Positions 39,408 through 49,266 of a stretch of DNA of 64,000 bases are shown here, in pieces. Position numbers and translations under genes: made by a program. Location: IMG/VR virus record IMGVR_UViG_3300040801_004034, positions 62,001-126,000 of that record; one strand, given 5' to 3'. Position 1 is the stretch's first letter. Every line of letters begins with the position of its first letter. Under the pieces are notes generated by a model. It worked only from the letters and a program-made list of their open reading frames with translations. It had not been told where the DNA came from and did not search any database.

Positions 39408-39444
39408 AAAAAAAGAGCAGCTTCATTTACGAGGCTGCTCTTTT
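39408..39444. terminator. Bidirectional intrinsic terminator
   Basis: AAAAGAGCAGCTTC-loop-GAGGCTGCTCTTTT between convergent genes, with A/T tracts on both sides. Confidence 0.85.
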
Positions 39445-39462
39445 AATGTTAAATGTTAATGC

Positions 39463-39834
39463 TTAAACGTAACCGAGATGATGAAGTCTTGCTAAGTTAG
39501 CTGAAACTGAATCATAACCAGGTCCTGCTGATACTGTTTGTAGTGTTGTACCAGATGCAACTGTAAACTGTGTTGAAAGACGACCGCTATCAATAATAGC
39601 AATTGTTGAACTATCATAACCAGCATACATTAAGAATACAAACTCATCACCATTATGTATGGTGCTTAAAGTAACAACTGTCGTGTCGGTTCCTTTATCA
39701 GCTGCATTATAAAGTAGCTTTGCTGTACTATCTGCACTCAATGACTGTGCTGTTACATCGTTAAGTGCTGAAACACCATCTGTTACACTTCCTGTGCCGA
39801 AAATTAGTTCATCTGTAAATTGAATATTGCTCAT
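39463..39834 (-). CDS. Late Ser/Thr-rich protein, probably virion structural
   Basis: Full TATAAATA promoter at 39840-39847; amino-acid composition. Confidence 0.55.
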   Translation of the reverse strand: MSNIQFTDELIFGTGSVTDGVSALNDVTAQSLSADSTAKLLYNAADKGTDTTVVTLSTIHNGDEFVFLMYAGYDSSTIAIIDSGRLSTQFTVASGTTLQTVSAGPGYDSVSANLARLHHLGYV

Positions 39835-39876
39835 ATTATTATTTATAGGTTATCATAACCGGATTACAAAAATATC

Positions 39877-40362
39877 TTATTTTAATCTCCCACCTGGGGT
39901 AAAGTAGAAACCTATTACAGCTGCTAATGTTATAATCGAAACAAGTGTTATATGACCAGTTGTAATTACAACAGTAGAATCAAGATTAAGTGGTATAGTA
40001 ATCATACCCCAGAGAAAATCTAAACTCTCTTTGTTAACTGGTGGAAAAAACGTTATCAATTCCACGCTTGGGAATAATGTACATAATACTGAAATAACAA
40101 AAAAGTTTATCATACCTATTACAGCAAGAATACGTCTTGTTTGTCTTGCAAACATCGATGTTTCTGGTGATGAGTCACCAAACACCATTTTCTGAACTTC
40201 AACATCAAGTTTTGATCGTTCTAGATCACGGATCATTTCACGTTTTTCATGAGCTTCTTTAGCTCCGGCAATTCTATCAATAATGCCAGCACCTACTTTA
40301 AGTAAAGACCCCATTCCGGTAGCCCCTAAAGTAGAGAAAATCATTGTAAGTAACCCGATCAT
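39877..40362 (-). CDS. Membrane protein (holin-like candidate)
   Basis: N-terminal amphipathic helix plus two hydrophobic segments, ending IGFYF. Confidence 0.5.
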   Translation of the reverse strand: MIGLLTMIFSTLGATGMGSLLKVGAGIIDRIAGAKEAHEKREMIRDLERSKLDVEVQKMVFGDSSPETSMFARQTRRILAVIGMINFFVISVLCTLFPSVELITFFPPVNKESLDFLWGMITIPLNLDSTVVITTGHITLVSIITLAAVIGFYFTPGGRLK

Positions 40363-40366
40363 AACA

Positions 40367-40477
40367 CTATGCGTTTGACTTACCTGGTTTTACACCGAAT
40401 GTAAGTACTGGTTCTGTCTTAGCTTTAGCATTAGTTGTTTTAGCTTTTGGTTGTTTTGTTTCTTTTTTCTTAAACAT
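40367..40477 (-). CDS. Small basic late peptide
   Basis: TAAATA-N5-ATG at 40477; MFKKKETKQPK. Confidence 0.45.
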   Translation of the reverse strand: MFKKKETKQPKAKTTNAKAKTEPVLTFGVKPGKSNA

Positions 40478-40493
40478 ATAATTATTTATTAAA

Positions 40494-40697
40494 TTACCAG
40501 CTCTGCCATAAAGGTGGTGATTTATAAATAGTTGTTCTAGGTTGTTGCTCTTGTCGCTCACCTTGTTGTTCTATAAAGGGTCTTGTATTTAATTCACGTA
40601 CTGGTTGAGGTCGATATTCTGGTAAACTACTGGGTGATTTACAACCGATAAAAAAACCTGAAACAATGATACAACTAACTAAAACAAACATCTTCAT
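40494..40697 (-). CDS. Small lipoprotein
   Basis: Signal peptide with lipobox-like FIG-C; TAAGTA-N5-ATG. Confidence 0.55.
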   Translation of the reverse strand: MKMFVLVSCIIVSGFFIGCKSPSSLPEYRPQPVRELNTRPFIEQQGERQEQQPRTTIYKSPPLWQSW

Positions 40698-40705
40698 AAC
40701 AATAC

Positions 40706-41407
40706 TTATTTAAGAATATCATATTTTTGTGAATTCATATGTACTGCTAATAATGTCCGTATCTCAGTTTTCATGTAATTGAGATTGATATATTTCCACT
40801 GACCATCTACAAGATAATATATAACAAGATGCTTACATTTTTTACCTGTCATTTCTTCATATAAATGAGCATACATAGAAAGCTGTAAACAGTAACTATT
40901 GAATTCACAAACAGAAAGATGCTGCAGCGGGTATTTATGGTAGTCATTATATGTACTAAAAAATCTAAATCGTCTATTTGTTTTAAAATCCCCTATAAAG
41001 AAACTATCCCCGTCTACAAATATTAAGTCAGCTAAGCCTGCAATGTTATATTCTGTATTATAAACCAAGAACTCACTTTCAATGTTTTTAAACTTCGGGA
41101 TATGAGGCTTACTTTCTTCAAATGTACTATACAACTGTGCAAACTGAGGTTCTTGTTTATTATCAACAATATAGTCTTCCATAACTTTGTGAATCTTAGT
41201 ACCTTTTTCGCATGCAACATCGCATTTATTTTGCCACTGATCTAAAACCATCTGCTTTGGTACACCTTCACGTTTTGCAACTCGTGCAGCATGAAGATGT
41301 TTATCGAATTTAGGTTTATATTGACCAAGCAGTGTTGTCACCGATGTCATTTTTTTACCATTTTCGGTATTTGTATATGTATGTGTTGGCTCGTCGAATA
41401 CAATCAT
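40706..41407 (-). CDS. PD-(D/E)xK (Cas4-like) exonuclease
   Basis: FDEPTHTY, SVTTLL, GT.IH, E, AGLAD, DFKT and Y.LQLS.Y motifs. Confidence 0.85.
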   Translation of the reverse strand: MIVFDEPTHTYTNTENGKKMTSVTTLLGQYKPKFDKHLHAARVAKREGVPKQMVLDQWQNKCDVACEKGTKIHKVMEDYIVDNKQEPQFAQLYSTFEESKPHIPKFKNIESEFLVYNTEYNIAGLADLIFVDGDSFFIGDFKTNRRFRFFSTYNDYHKYPLQHLSVCEFNSYCLQLSMYAHLYEEMTGKKCKHLVIYYLVDGQWKYINLNYMKTEIRTLLAVHMNSQKYDILK

Positions 41408-41465
41408 TTGAATTTATTATAACATAAATGTTTGAAAAACCAAATCCGGTTGTTATAATAAGAAT

Positions 41466-42284
41466 ATGAGATTAAGTATCAGCGGAACAGCAAGCATCGG
41501 AAAGTCAACATTAATAGGTGATATGCTTGCTACATGGCCAGCATTCGAACACACAAAAGTGTCATATAGAGATATTCTTACGAATCAAAATTTACCACAT
41601 AGTAAAGAGTCAACAAAAGAGACACAATGGGCTATTTTGAATCATATGGTTGATCAGATGCAAGGGTACACACCACAAGATAAAGTAATCTTTGATAGAT
41701 GCCCTCTTGATAATTTAGTTTATAGCATGTGGTTATTTGATAAAGGTCTTGGTGGTGTCGACGAGAAGTTTATTGATAAGTGTCTTCCTATTGTATCTGA
41801 AAGTATGAAATCACTTGATATCATATTTTTCATTCCTATGACAAAATTCAATAAAATGAATATTGTAGATAACGGTACAAGAGAAACAGATCCGGTTTAC
41901 ATTTCTGAAATTGATCAAATATTCAAAGGTCTCCAAGCTCAGTACCAACAGCACCCGCAAGAAAATCCTTTCTTTCCGCGAGATGATTCACCAGCTCTTA
42001 TAGAGATTTTCGGATCAAGAAAAGAACGTATTCAAATGATAAAACTTTATCTTGATGATGATGGTGATGTTATTGGTGGGGAAAATGGAGCTAATGAAGT
42101 TTTCTCTCCGGAAAATATCAGTTTAGTTGAAGATCTTTTAAAGGAGCAACAAAAACTAAATGATAGTGAAAAAGCTTATACCGCTGAAATGGACAAAATT
42201 AAGGACTTTGTTAGACATAACAAAGGTGTAGATGTCGGTGTTGATATCAGAAAGCTTTCAAAAGATAAATATGATCTTTATTAA
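41466..42284 (+). CDS. P-loop nucleotide/nucleoside kinase-like protein
   Basis: ISGTASIGKST and IFDRCPLDNLVY motifs. Confidence 0.75.
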   Translation: MRLSISGTASIGKSTLIGDMLATWPAFEHTKVSYRDILTNQNLPHSKESTKETQWAILNHMVDQMQGYTPQDKVIFDRCPLDNLVYSMWLFDKGLGGVDEKFIDKCLPIVSESMKSLDIIFFIPMTKFNKMNIVDNGTRETDPVYISEIDQIFKGLQAQYQQHPQENPFFPRDDSPALIEIFGSRKERIQMIKLYLDDDGDVIGGENGANEVFSPENISLVEDLLKEQQKLNDSEKAYTAEMDKIKDFVRHNKGVDVGVDIRKLSKDKYDLY

Positions 42285-42592
42285 GCGTTTGCTATGGTGG
42301 TTACAGTACCACTTGAACCTTTATATTTAAAAGCACCGTTCTGTACATAAAATGTACCACCATTTACTGGTGTATCAGGTTCGGATGTATTTTTAACTGT
42401 AATAGCAGTATCAAATGTACCAGAACCTATATCAGCTATAGCTGATCCAAAAGTGGTGTTATCCAAATCAATGACAAAATTACTGAATGGTATTTTAAAT
42501 GTACCGCCTTGTGTTTCTACAATCAGATAATCACTAGGATTTATTTCGGATGCTTCTGGTAATGTTTTAATTGATTTTGAATTGCCTGCCAT
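42281..42592 (-). CDS. Late protein, possibly virion structural
   Basis: TAAATA-N5-ATG; IKTLPEA...DYLIVET and fibre-like C-terminus GAFKYKGSSGTVTTIA. Confidence 0.55.
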   Translation of the reverse strand: MAGNSKSIKTLPEASEINPSDYLIVETQGGTFKIPFSNFVIDLDNTTFGSAIADIGSGTFDTAITVKNTSEPDTPVNGGTFYVQNGAFKYKGSSGTVTTIANA

Positions 42593-42638
42593 ACAATTAT
42601 TTATTGGATTCTCAGAATTAACAACATATAATCATGTT

Positions 42639-43238
42639 ATGTGGAAAATAGCTAAACAATTCGATTTCTGTTACGGTCATCGCGTATGGAATCAAACTCT
42701 CAATACTGACTTTTCGATTGACGGTCGTTGTGTATGTCGTCACCTTCATGGTCACCAAGGAACAGTTAAAGTGTTTCTTGAAGGTGATGAATTAACAGCT
42801 GGTATGGTAACAGATTTTAAGCACCTTAACTGGTTAAAGAAATTTCTTGATGATGTTTTAGATCATAAGTTCATTATTGATAAGAATGATCCGATGATTG
42901 ATGCTATTATACCATTCAATTGTATTGATGGTGTTGAAAAACGAGAGAACGGTTGGGTATTTGATGGACAACTTAATATAACTACATTATGTTTTACAAA
43001 ACATTTTATACACAACACAGGTTATTCGACGATTAATACAAATCTAATTGCAAAACAAACACCTGATATGCAAGATATTCTTGAAGGGTTCGTTATCGTG
43101 GATTTTATACCAACATCAGAAAATCTCTCTAAATGGATTTGTGATATTGCTAATGCAAAGATGAATAAGATTGGTGTGAAAGTAAGTAGGGTTCAATTCT
43201 TTGAAACTCCTAAATCACAAGCAAACTATTATGTGTAA
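42639..43238 (+). CDS. queD: 6-carboxytetrahydropterin synthase QueD
   Basis: F.FCYGHR, C.HLHGH, GMVTDF, LDHKF, PTSEN and ETP motifs. Confidence 0.92.
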   Translation: MWKIAKQFDFCYGHRVWNQTLNTDFSIDGRCVCRHLHGHQGTVKVFLEGDELTAGMVTDFKHLNWLKKFLDDVLDHKFIIDKNDPMIDAIIPFNCIDGVEKRENGWVFDGQLNITTLCFTKHFIHNTGYSTINTNLIAKQTPDMQDILEGFVIVDFIPTSENLSKWICDIANAKMNKIGVKVSRVQFFETPKSQANYYV

Positions 43239-43536
43239 TAAATTAGGAGCTAAAAAACGACGAGAAATATGTCATCAGCGTTTAACAAGTGATGCAAATG
43301 ATTCTTGGGCAAGAGTTGAACTTTATAGATGGCAACATGGTCATTTACCATCAGGTGATGAACAAAAACCGTTAGATATTTCAGAAGGGTTGATGAAAAT
43401 GTCGGAAGCTCTTATAGCAGGAAACAGTAATGCTGAAATACCTACACCATTTAATGTTTCATCTGTCTTAGCATATATTTCTAAAGAAATAAATAACCTT
43501 AAGGTCTCTCAAGAAACACCTCAAAATGGTCTTTAG
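43231..43536 (+). CDS. Hypothetical protein
   Basis: ORF coupled to queD. Confidence 0.5.
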   Translation: MCNKLGAKKRREICHQRLTSDANDSWARVELYRWQHGHLPSGDEQKPLDISEGLMKMSEALIAGNSNAEIPTPFNVSSVLAYISKEINNLKVSQETPQNGL

Positions 43537-44023
43537 ATGTATTCCAGCCAGTGTTGTGTTTGAATGATTTTGTTTTATGTATCTCCTTTTCAAGAGCTTG
43601 AACGTATGAACCGAAATCGGAAAGAAACCAATCACCTTTAGATTTTTTGATACTTCTACATTCTAAATGATGCCAAACATCTCCTCGATAATTAAATTTT
43701 TTAGGTCTTAATGCTTTTCGCTTTTTTATATAGGTTTTACCGTTTTGTTCGTGCTCATAGTTGTAATCCGACTGTTTTAGCATTTTCTCAAATACATCAG
43801 GATTATCTTCTTTTGTTATCGGTCGTCCTTTTGAGTCTTTTAACTTAAAATCTGTTTTTGACGTAGTGCATTCTGCACCAAGAAGGAATGGTTCAATATG
43901 TGGCCAAGGAAACGCGTAAATACCTTTTCTAGCAGGTGGTGTATGGTAACCAATATCACCTTGCTTGTGTAATTTAAACCCTCTTTGTCTAACTGGTGCA
44001 AGACCGCCCCATCTAATGAACAT
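43499..44023 (-). CDS. Hypothetical protein
   Basis: FIRWGGL..HTPPARKGIYAFPWP...EVFLE. Confidence 0.6.
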   Translation of the reverse strand: MFIRWGGLAPVRQRGFKLHKQGDIGYHTPPARKGIYAFPWPHIEPFLLGAECTTSKTDFKLKDSKGRPITKEDNPDVFEKMLKQSDYNYEHEQNGKTYIKKRKALRPKKFNYRGDVWHHLECRSIKKSKGDWFLSDFGSYVQALEKEIHKTKSFKHNTGWNTSKDHFEVFLERP

Positions 44024-44108
44024 GAGTTTATTATTTATGATTCTAATTGTGTTTCTACCTACAAACATTGTATCTTGATTATAATGTTACTTATGCTATA
44101 ATCAACAT

Positions 44109-44948
44109 ATGGGTAAAATAGGAATTGCAATAATAACTTGTGATCGACCAAAATTTCTTGAAAAATGTTTGGAATCGATACCGTTTAATTATAATAGATC
44201 ACCAAAAGTTGTAGTTAATGATGGTAATCACAAATACAATCTTGAACAGATTGAAAACATGTATAGTAAGAAACTTGTATCTACCGACATGAAACTCATC
44301 CAGGAACACGGCAAGGAATACCAGGGTGTTTGTAAGTCAAAGAATAAAGCTTTCAAATACCTTCTCGAACAAGATTGTGATTACATTTTTATCATAGAAG
44401 ATGACATGGTCTTTACAGGTGATGTATTCGAGGAATATATCAGAGCTTATAAATCAACAGGTATTCATCACTTCAGCTTTGCTTACCATGGTCCTGCTAA
44501 TAGAGGTAATGTATCCCATGGTACACCACAGCCACGTAAGGTGGTTAACTATGGTGATGTACAAATTTCTCTAAATGCTAACTGTGTCGGGGCTGTATGC
44601 TTTTACACACGTCAATGTCTTGAAGATGTAGGTTTGTTTGATGAAAACTTTGATAAAAATAACTTTGAACATGTTGATCATACATATAGATTAGCTAAAG
44701 CAGGTTATACCACACCTTATTGGTGGTTTGCTGATATTGCAAACAGCTATGATTATATAGATGAACAAGCATGTAGTGAAGAAAATTCGTCTATCCGTAG
44801 AGGTGATAATTGGCAACAAAAAATATGGGAAAGTGCTCAGTTGTTTAAAGATAAACACGGATATATGCCAGCATGGCAAGGGTGTGTACCAGATACACCA
44901 CTTGATAGTGTTTTAATCAATCTCAAAAAGCTCTGTATAACAAGATGA
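44109..44948 (+). CDS. GT2-family glycosyltransferase
   Basis: IITCDRP, VVVNDG, IEDD, VGLFDENF and EH.D motifs. Confidence 0.9.
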   Translation: MGKIGIAIITCDRPKFLEKCLESIPFNYNRSPKVVVNDGNHKYNLEQIENMYSKKLVSTDMKLIQEHGKEYQGVCKSKNKAFKYLLEQDCDYIFIIEDDMVFTGDVFEEYIRAYKSTGIHHFSFAYHGPANRGNVSHGTPQPRKVVNYGDVQISLNANCVGAVCFYTRQCLEDVGLFDENFDKNNFEHVDHTYRLAKAGYTTPYWWFADIANSYDYIDEQACSEENSSIRRGDNWQQKIWESAQLFKDKHGYMPAWQGCVPDTPLDSVLINLKKLCITR

Positions 44949-46537
44949 ACAATCCAATATCATTGATTGTTGCATACAAGCCTGATACTATAGAACGTAT
45001 CAAAAACCTTGTTCATTTCAAACTGTACTACTCTAATCTATTACCATTTGGCGAGATTATCGTCGTAGAAAGTGAAAACGATGTGTTTGAAAAATGTAAA
45101 TTGTATAACGAAGGTTTTTCACGTGCAAAATATGATACAGTATGCTTTATCGATAGTGATATATTTGTTTCCGAATCAGCATTACAGACAGCATATGATT
45201 ATGCTCAGAATCCAGATAACGTTGTATTAGGATATAGTGGTAATGCTATATACATGACATACAAGTTCAAAAATGAGTTAAAAACAGCATTTACATATGA
45301 TGATCTTATCAAACCTATCAGACCATATGATCAATTAGTATTAAATGAAAAAACAGATGATTATCTTGTCGGTAATCTTAATGCAGTAGGTGGTTGCCTT
45401 ATGATGCATAGAAAAGCTTTTGAAGATATCAATGGTTTCAATCCTAACTTTAAAAACTGGGGGTATGAAGATGATGAAATTGTTAAACGTGCTCATATTC
45501 TTAAGAAAAATGTTATTAAGCTGAAAAGATCGCAGCAAAACATGCTGATTCATCTTCCGCATCTAATAGCTAACCCAGATCGTTCAAAACATGAATTTTA
45601 TGAACATAATCACAAGGTAGCAAGTGCACTCGGTAGAATGAACTTCGAACAAGCATCAGAATACATTAAAACATGGGAAATTGATGCTCCTCGAAAGGAG
45701 TTAATCGATGTTGATATAGATGATACTAATTTTGTTGGTTATGATCCGAGCTGCTGTAGGTTTCAACGACCAACTCATTTTAATTGGGATGGATCACGCA
45801 ACTCTAACAGTAAAAGCTTGTTCTTTACAGATAACACACTTAGAAACGCTAAAATACAGACAGAACAATTAAAAGTAGCATGGATACTTGAACCGAGAGC
45901 TGTTGCACCGCATGTTTATAGTTATATTGAACAGAATTACAAGGATTTCAACTATGTATTGACTTATGACAAGCAGCTCCTTAGTTTAGACAAGAGATTC
46001 TTGATATATCCATATGGTACCAGTTGGGTACATAACTTCACTGATGAAAAACAGTTAACTAAGGAGAAACATATCTCAATCATTGCATCTACTAAGAATA
46101 CAACAGTTGGGCATAGGTTAAGACATGAAGTAATACAAAAATTTGATATGCTTAACCATCCTTATATTGATGTATTCGGATCTGGTTATAATAAGATCGT
46201 TAATAAGAAGGATGCATTGGAAAAATATGAATTTTCAATTGTTATTGAGAACTCTATACAAGATACATACTTTACTGAAAAGCTCATTGATTGTTTTGCA
46301 ACTAAAACAGTGCCAATTTACTATGGTACTCCAGATGTTAACCATTACTTTAACAAAAACGGTATTTTGTTTTTTAGCACAGTAGATGAGCTTGAAACCA
46401 TACTTCAAACACTTACAAATCATAGTTATGATGGAATGAAATACGCAATTGAAGATAATTACAAGAGATACCAGGATTTTATAATTCCTGAAGATTATAT
46501 CTACGAAAACTACAAATTTTTATTTGATGATGAATAA
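44945..46537 (+). CDS. Fused glycosyltransferase (GT2/GT7-like N-terminus, GT10-like C-terminus)
   Basis: FIDSD, GG, NGFNPNFKNWGYEDDE; C-terminal YEFSIVIENS..YFTEKLIDCF..TVPIYYG. Confidence 0.85.
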   Translation: MNNPISLIVAYKPDTIERIKNLVHFKLYYSNLLPFGEIIVVESENDVFEKCKLYNEGFSRAKYDTVCFIDSDIFVSESALQTAYDYAQNPDNVVLGYSGNAIYMTYKFKNELKTAFTYDDLIKPIRPYDQLVLNEKTDDYLVGNLNAVGGCLMMHRKAFEDINGFNPNFKNWGYEDDEIVKRAHILKKNVIKLKRSQQNMLIHLPHLIANPDRSKHEFYEHNHKVASALGRMNFEQASEYIKTWEIDAPRKELIDVDIDDTNFVGYDPSCCRFQRPTHFNWDGSRNSNSKSLFFTDNTLRNAKIQTEQLKVAWILEPRAVAPHVYSYIEQNYKDFNYVLTYDKQLLSLDKRFLIYPYGTSWVHNFTDEKQLTKEKHISIIASTKNTTVGHRLRHEVIQKFDMLNHPYIDVFGSGYNKIVNKKDALEKYEFSIVIENSIQDTYFTEKLIDCFATKTVPIYYGTPDVNHYFNKNGILFFSTVDELETILQTLTNHSYDGMKYAIEDNYKRYQDFIIPEDYIYENYKFLFDDE

Positions 46538-47291
46538 ACTATACTGGAGCGGAGGAGCTAACTTCGGAGATGCATTATCTCCGGTTTTATACAAGTTAAT
46601 AACTGGTTTTGAACCTATTAGTGTTAACGAGCACCAATCACCCAAGCATGTAGCAATAGGATCTATATTAAACCATGCAAAACCAGGGGATACAGTGTGG
46701 GGATCCGGGTTGGCATGGCGATATGATAAGGTTTCACAGGGTATTAACATAAAAGCAGTAAGAGGACCGTTATCCCGTGATATTTGCTTAAGAAATGGTG
46801 TTGATTGTCCTGAAATCTACGGTGACCCAGCTATGTTACTACCTCGTTTCTTTGAAAAATCGGAAACACAGTATAAACTAGGTATAATACCACATATTGT
46901 TGATTTTAAGCTTGTAAACATACCAGCTCAGTATAAAAATGATGTTTTGAAGATAGATTTAACACAATCGATTGATGAATGTATCAAAAACATAACAAGC
47001 TGTGATAAAATAGTGTCAAGTTCATTACATGGACTCATTGCAGCTGATGCATATAACATACCTAACACATGGTGTCGGTTTAGTAATGGTGTTTTAGGTG
47101 ATGGTACGAAATTTGCTGATCATTTCCTTGCTATAGGTAAACGAGATATGAAATGTATTGATTTATCACGGAACAACACAAAGAAATACTCATTTGATGA
47201 TATTATTAACCATATAAACGATTGTGATGTGTCTAAATATACAGATATACAGGGAGATGAATTGCTCAATGCATGTCCATTTGAATATTAA
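46524..47291 (+). CDS. Polysaccharide pyruvyl transferase family protein
   Basis: NFGDAL, IGSIL, WGSG, AVRGPLS, GDPA, SSSLHGLIAADAY. Confidence 0.88.
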   Translation: MMMNKLYWSGGANFGDALSPVLYKLITGFEPISVNEHQSPKHVAIGSILNHAKPGDTVWGSGLAWRYDKVSQGINIKAVRGPLSRDICLRNGVDCPEIYGDPAMLLPRFFEKSETQYKLGIIPHIVDFKLVNIPAQYKNDVLKIDLTQSIDECIKNITSCDKIVSSSLHGLIAADAYNIPNTWCRFSNGVLGDGTKFADHFLAIGKRDMKCIDLSRNNTKKYSFDDIINHINDCDVSKYTDIQGDELLNACPFEY

Positions 47292-47314
47292 CAATACCAC
47301 ACTTAAATACTACT

Positions 47315-47833
47315 ATGCCTTGTAACTTCAATCCTAAAGATCTTTGTGATCATAATATTTTCATTGAAACCGGTACGTATACAGGTGTAACAGTTGATAA
47401 ATTTAAACATTTATACAAAACATACCATACAATTGAAATAGTTGAACGGTTCTATAATGAAACTAAACATAGATTTGATAGCAATCCTGATATAGGTCAT
47501 AATATCCAATTCCATCTTGGTCATTCACCTGTAATGATACAAAAAATACTAGATGAAATAGACGAACCGGTTACTTTTTGGCTTGATGCACACTATCAAG
47601 GTGGTCAACAGCCGGGTGATACAAGAGCTCCTATTAAAGATGAACTCAAAATTATCAAAAACCATCATATTAAGACACATATGATTATGATTGATGATGT
47701 GAGATTGTTTCAATCTTATGGTACATCAGTAAATGAAGTGACAAAGCTCATGCTTGATATAAATCCTGATTATACCATAGAACGAAAACTAGGGATTAAA
47801 GAAGGTGATGTAATTGTTGCATATATTAAGTAA
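47315..47833 (+). CDS. Class I SAM methyltransferase-like protein
   Basis: FIETGTY.G, TIE, G.S, FWLDAH and IDD motifs. Confidence 0.75.
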   Translation: MPCNFNPKDLCDHNIFIETGTYTGVTVDKFKHLYKTYHTIEIVERFYNETKHRFDSNPDIGHNIQFHLGHSPVMIQKILDEIDEPVTFWLDAHYQGGQQPGDTRAPIKDELKIIKNHHIKTHMIMIDDVRLFQSYGTSVNEVTKLMLDINPDYTIERKLGIKEGDVIVAYIK

Positions 47834-47872
47834 TAAGGTTGAAAACTACTATCTATACAGTATAATTGTTAT

Positions 47873-48463
47873 ATGATTATAAAAAATATTGCTTGTTATG
47901 ATGGTGAATTAATTCATGGACGGTTTGCTTACGATTTCTTTCGTAAAAAGACACTACCTATCGGTAATATTGTTGCATTCCGTGCTCCTATGAACGTAGA
48001 AACGTCAGGAATGATTGACAAAGAGGATCTGATTTCTTCCGATTTCATTTACAGTGATGATGCATTGAGTTTCTGTTGGGAAATTCCCAATTTGTGCCCG
48101 ACTGGTGCAGTAGCATTTCAAAGATTGTTTAATACTTTGATGGCAAACATTCTCAGTAGTAAATACCTCCAAAAACCTATTGAAGTTGATGGGGATGACC
48201 TTTTAGTTCATGATGAATTCGAAGGTAGTGATGGATCACTTCAAAAGGTTGGTAAATGTTCGGTGAGTATTACATATTCGAAGAATAATGTTGCAATTGG
48301 TCATACTGGTATCAATGTTAATGCTGGTTCTAAAGCTCCTAACTTTGCATACGGTACAAAAATGACAGATGAACAGTGTAATCAGTTTATGCAAGATGTG
48401 ATCGATATGTTTTACAATCTAGCTGATGATTTGTTTTTATCTTCAACCAAGATAACACTATAA
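47873..48463 (+). CDS. DUF366-like protein (BPL/LplA fold)
   Basis: YDG..I, M.D.ED..DFIYSD, AFQRL, GDDL, GK.SVSI and H.GIN motifs. Confidence 0.7.
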   Translation: MIIKNIACYDGELIHGRFAYDFFRKKTLPIGNIVAFRAPMNVETSGMIDKEDLISSDFIYSDDALSFCWEIPNLCPTGAVAFQRLFNTLMANILSSKYLQKPIEVDGDDLLVHDEFEGSDGSLQKVGKCSVSITYSKNNVAIGHTGINVNAGSKAPNFAYGTKMTDEQCNQFMQDVIDMFYNLADDLFLSSTKITL

Positions 48464-48465
48464 TC

Positions 48466-48747
48466 ATGAAAGAATCAAAAATATTCATATTTCAGCACGG
48501 TGAATCTGTTGATGATAGTCTTAGAAATATAGGATTGGAAGAATTGAGCCATTTACCATTTAAAACGCAAGTTGCGGACAATAAATGGCATGATATAGGT
48601 TCAGGTAAGTTAACAATGATTTTTTACTGCATTAAAACACCAGCAGAAACTGTCGAACATGATGAATTTACACTTGTAAATATTTCAATTGAAGCAGCAT
48701 ATGTAGTTGTCCGGTACCCGAAAAAAGAAAATGAATCAGAAAACTGA
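48466..48747 (+). CDS. Hypothetical protein
   Basis: 93-aa ORF in operon. Confidence 0.45.
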   Translation: MKESKIFIFQHGESVDDSLRNIGLEELSHLPFKTQVADNKWHDIGSGKLTMIFYCIKTPAETVEHDEFTLVNISIEAAYVVVRYPKKENESEN

Positions 48748-48898
48748 ACATGAACTTGATATTGCTATCACCACTGCTGAAAATCAGTGGAAAAAATATA
48801 GAAGAGAATCGCAAGATGCAAATCTCAAAGCTGGAATGGCTGAACAATTCTATTTTGAGTTGAAAAATCTCAAAGATAAATTAGAATCGACTATATGA
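48731..48898 (+). CDS. Hypothetical coiled-coil protein
   Basis: Short ORF with overlapping start/stop. Confidence 0.45.
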   Translation: MNQKTEHELDIAITTAENQWKKYRRESQDANLKAGMAEQFYFELKNLKDKLESTI

Positions 48899-49260
48899 CA
48901 ATATTTTCATACTTAAATTCACTACTTTATTCGAAGAAACGTATTGATATGAACTGCGAAGACGAATCGCAGTTCAATCTTTATATGATTAACAGGTGGA
49001 CAAGTATGTATTCACCAGAATTGGCAAATTATGTCAATAACACTACAAATTACTACTGGAGTTTATTTGATGATAAGCGTAGTCAGTATGACTACTGTTA
49101 TAATGTGCTTCCGAAGATTAGATTCAAGAGAATGCAGTACATTAAAAAGAATAAAGGCGAGAAAAAGGTAAAATCAGATGAACAACCAAGAATACCTGAT
49201 TTTACCAGTCAAAGAGAGTATAAAAACAATGTTGAACTACTTGAGCAGTTATGTAAATAA
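48895..49260 (+). CDS. Clamp loader small subunit (gp62-like)
   Basis: F.YLNS....K, F..YMINRW.SM, QYDY, LPK..F. Confidence 0.65.
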   Translation: MTIFSYLNSLLYSKKRIDMNCEDESQFNLYMINRWTSMYSPELANYVNNTTNYYWSLFDDKRSQYDYCYNVLPKIRFKRMQYIKKNKGEKKVKSDEQPRIPDFTSQREYKNNVELLEQLCK

Positions 49261-49266
49261 CTGTAT

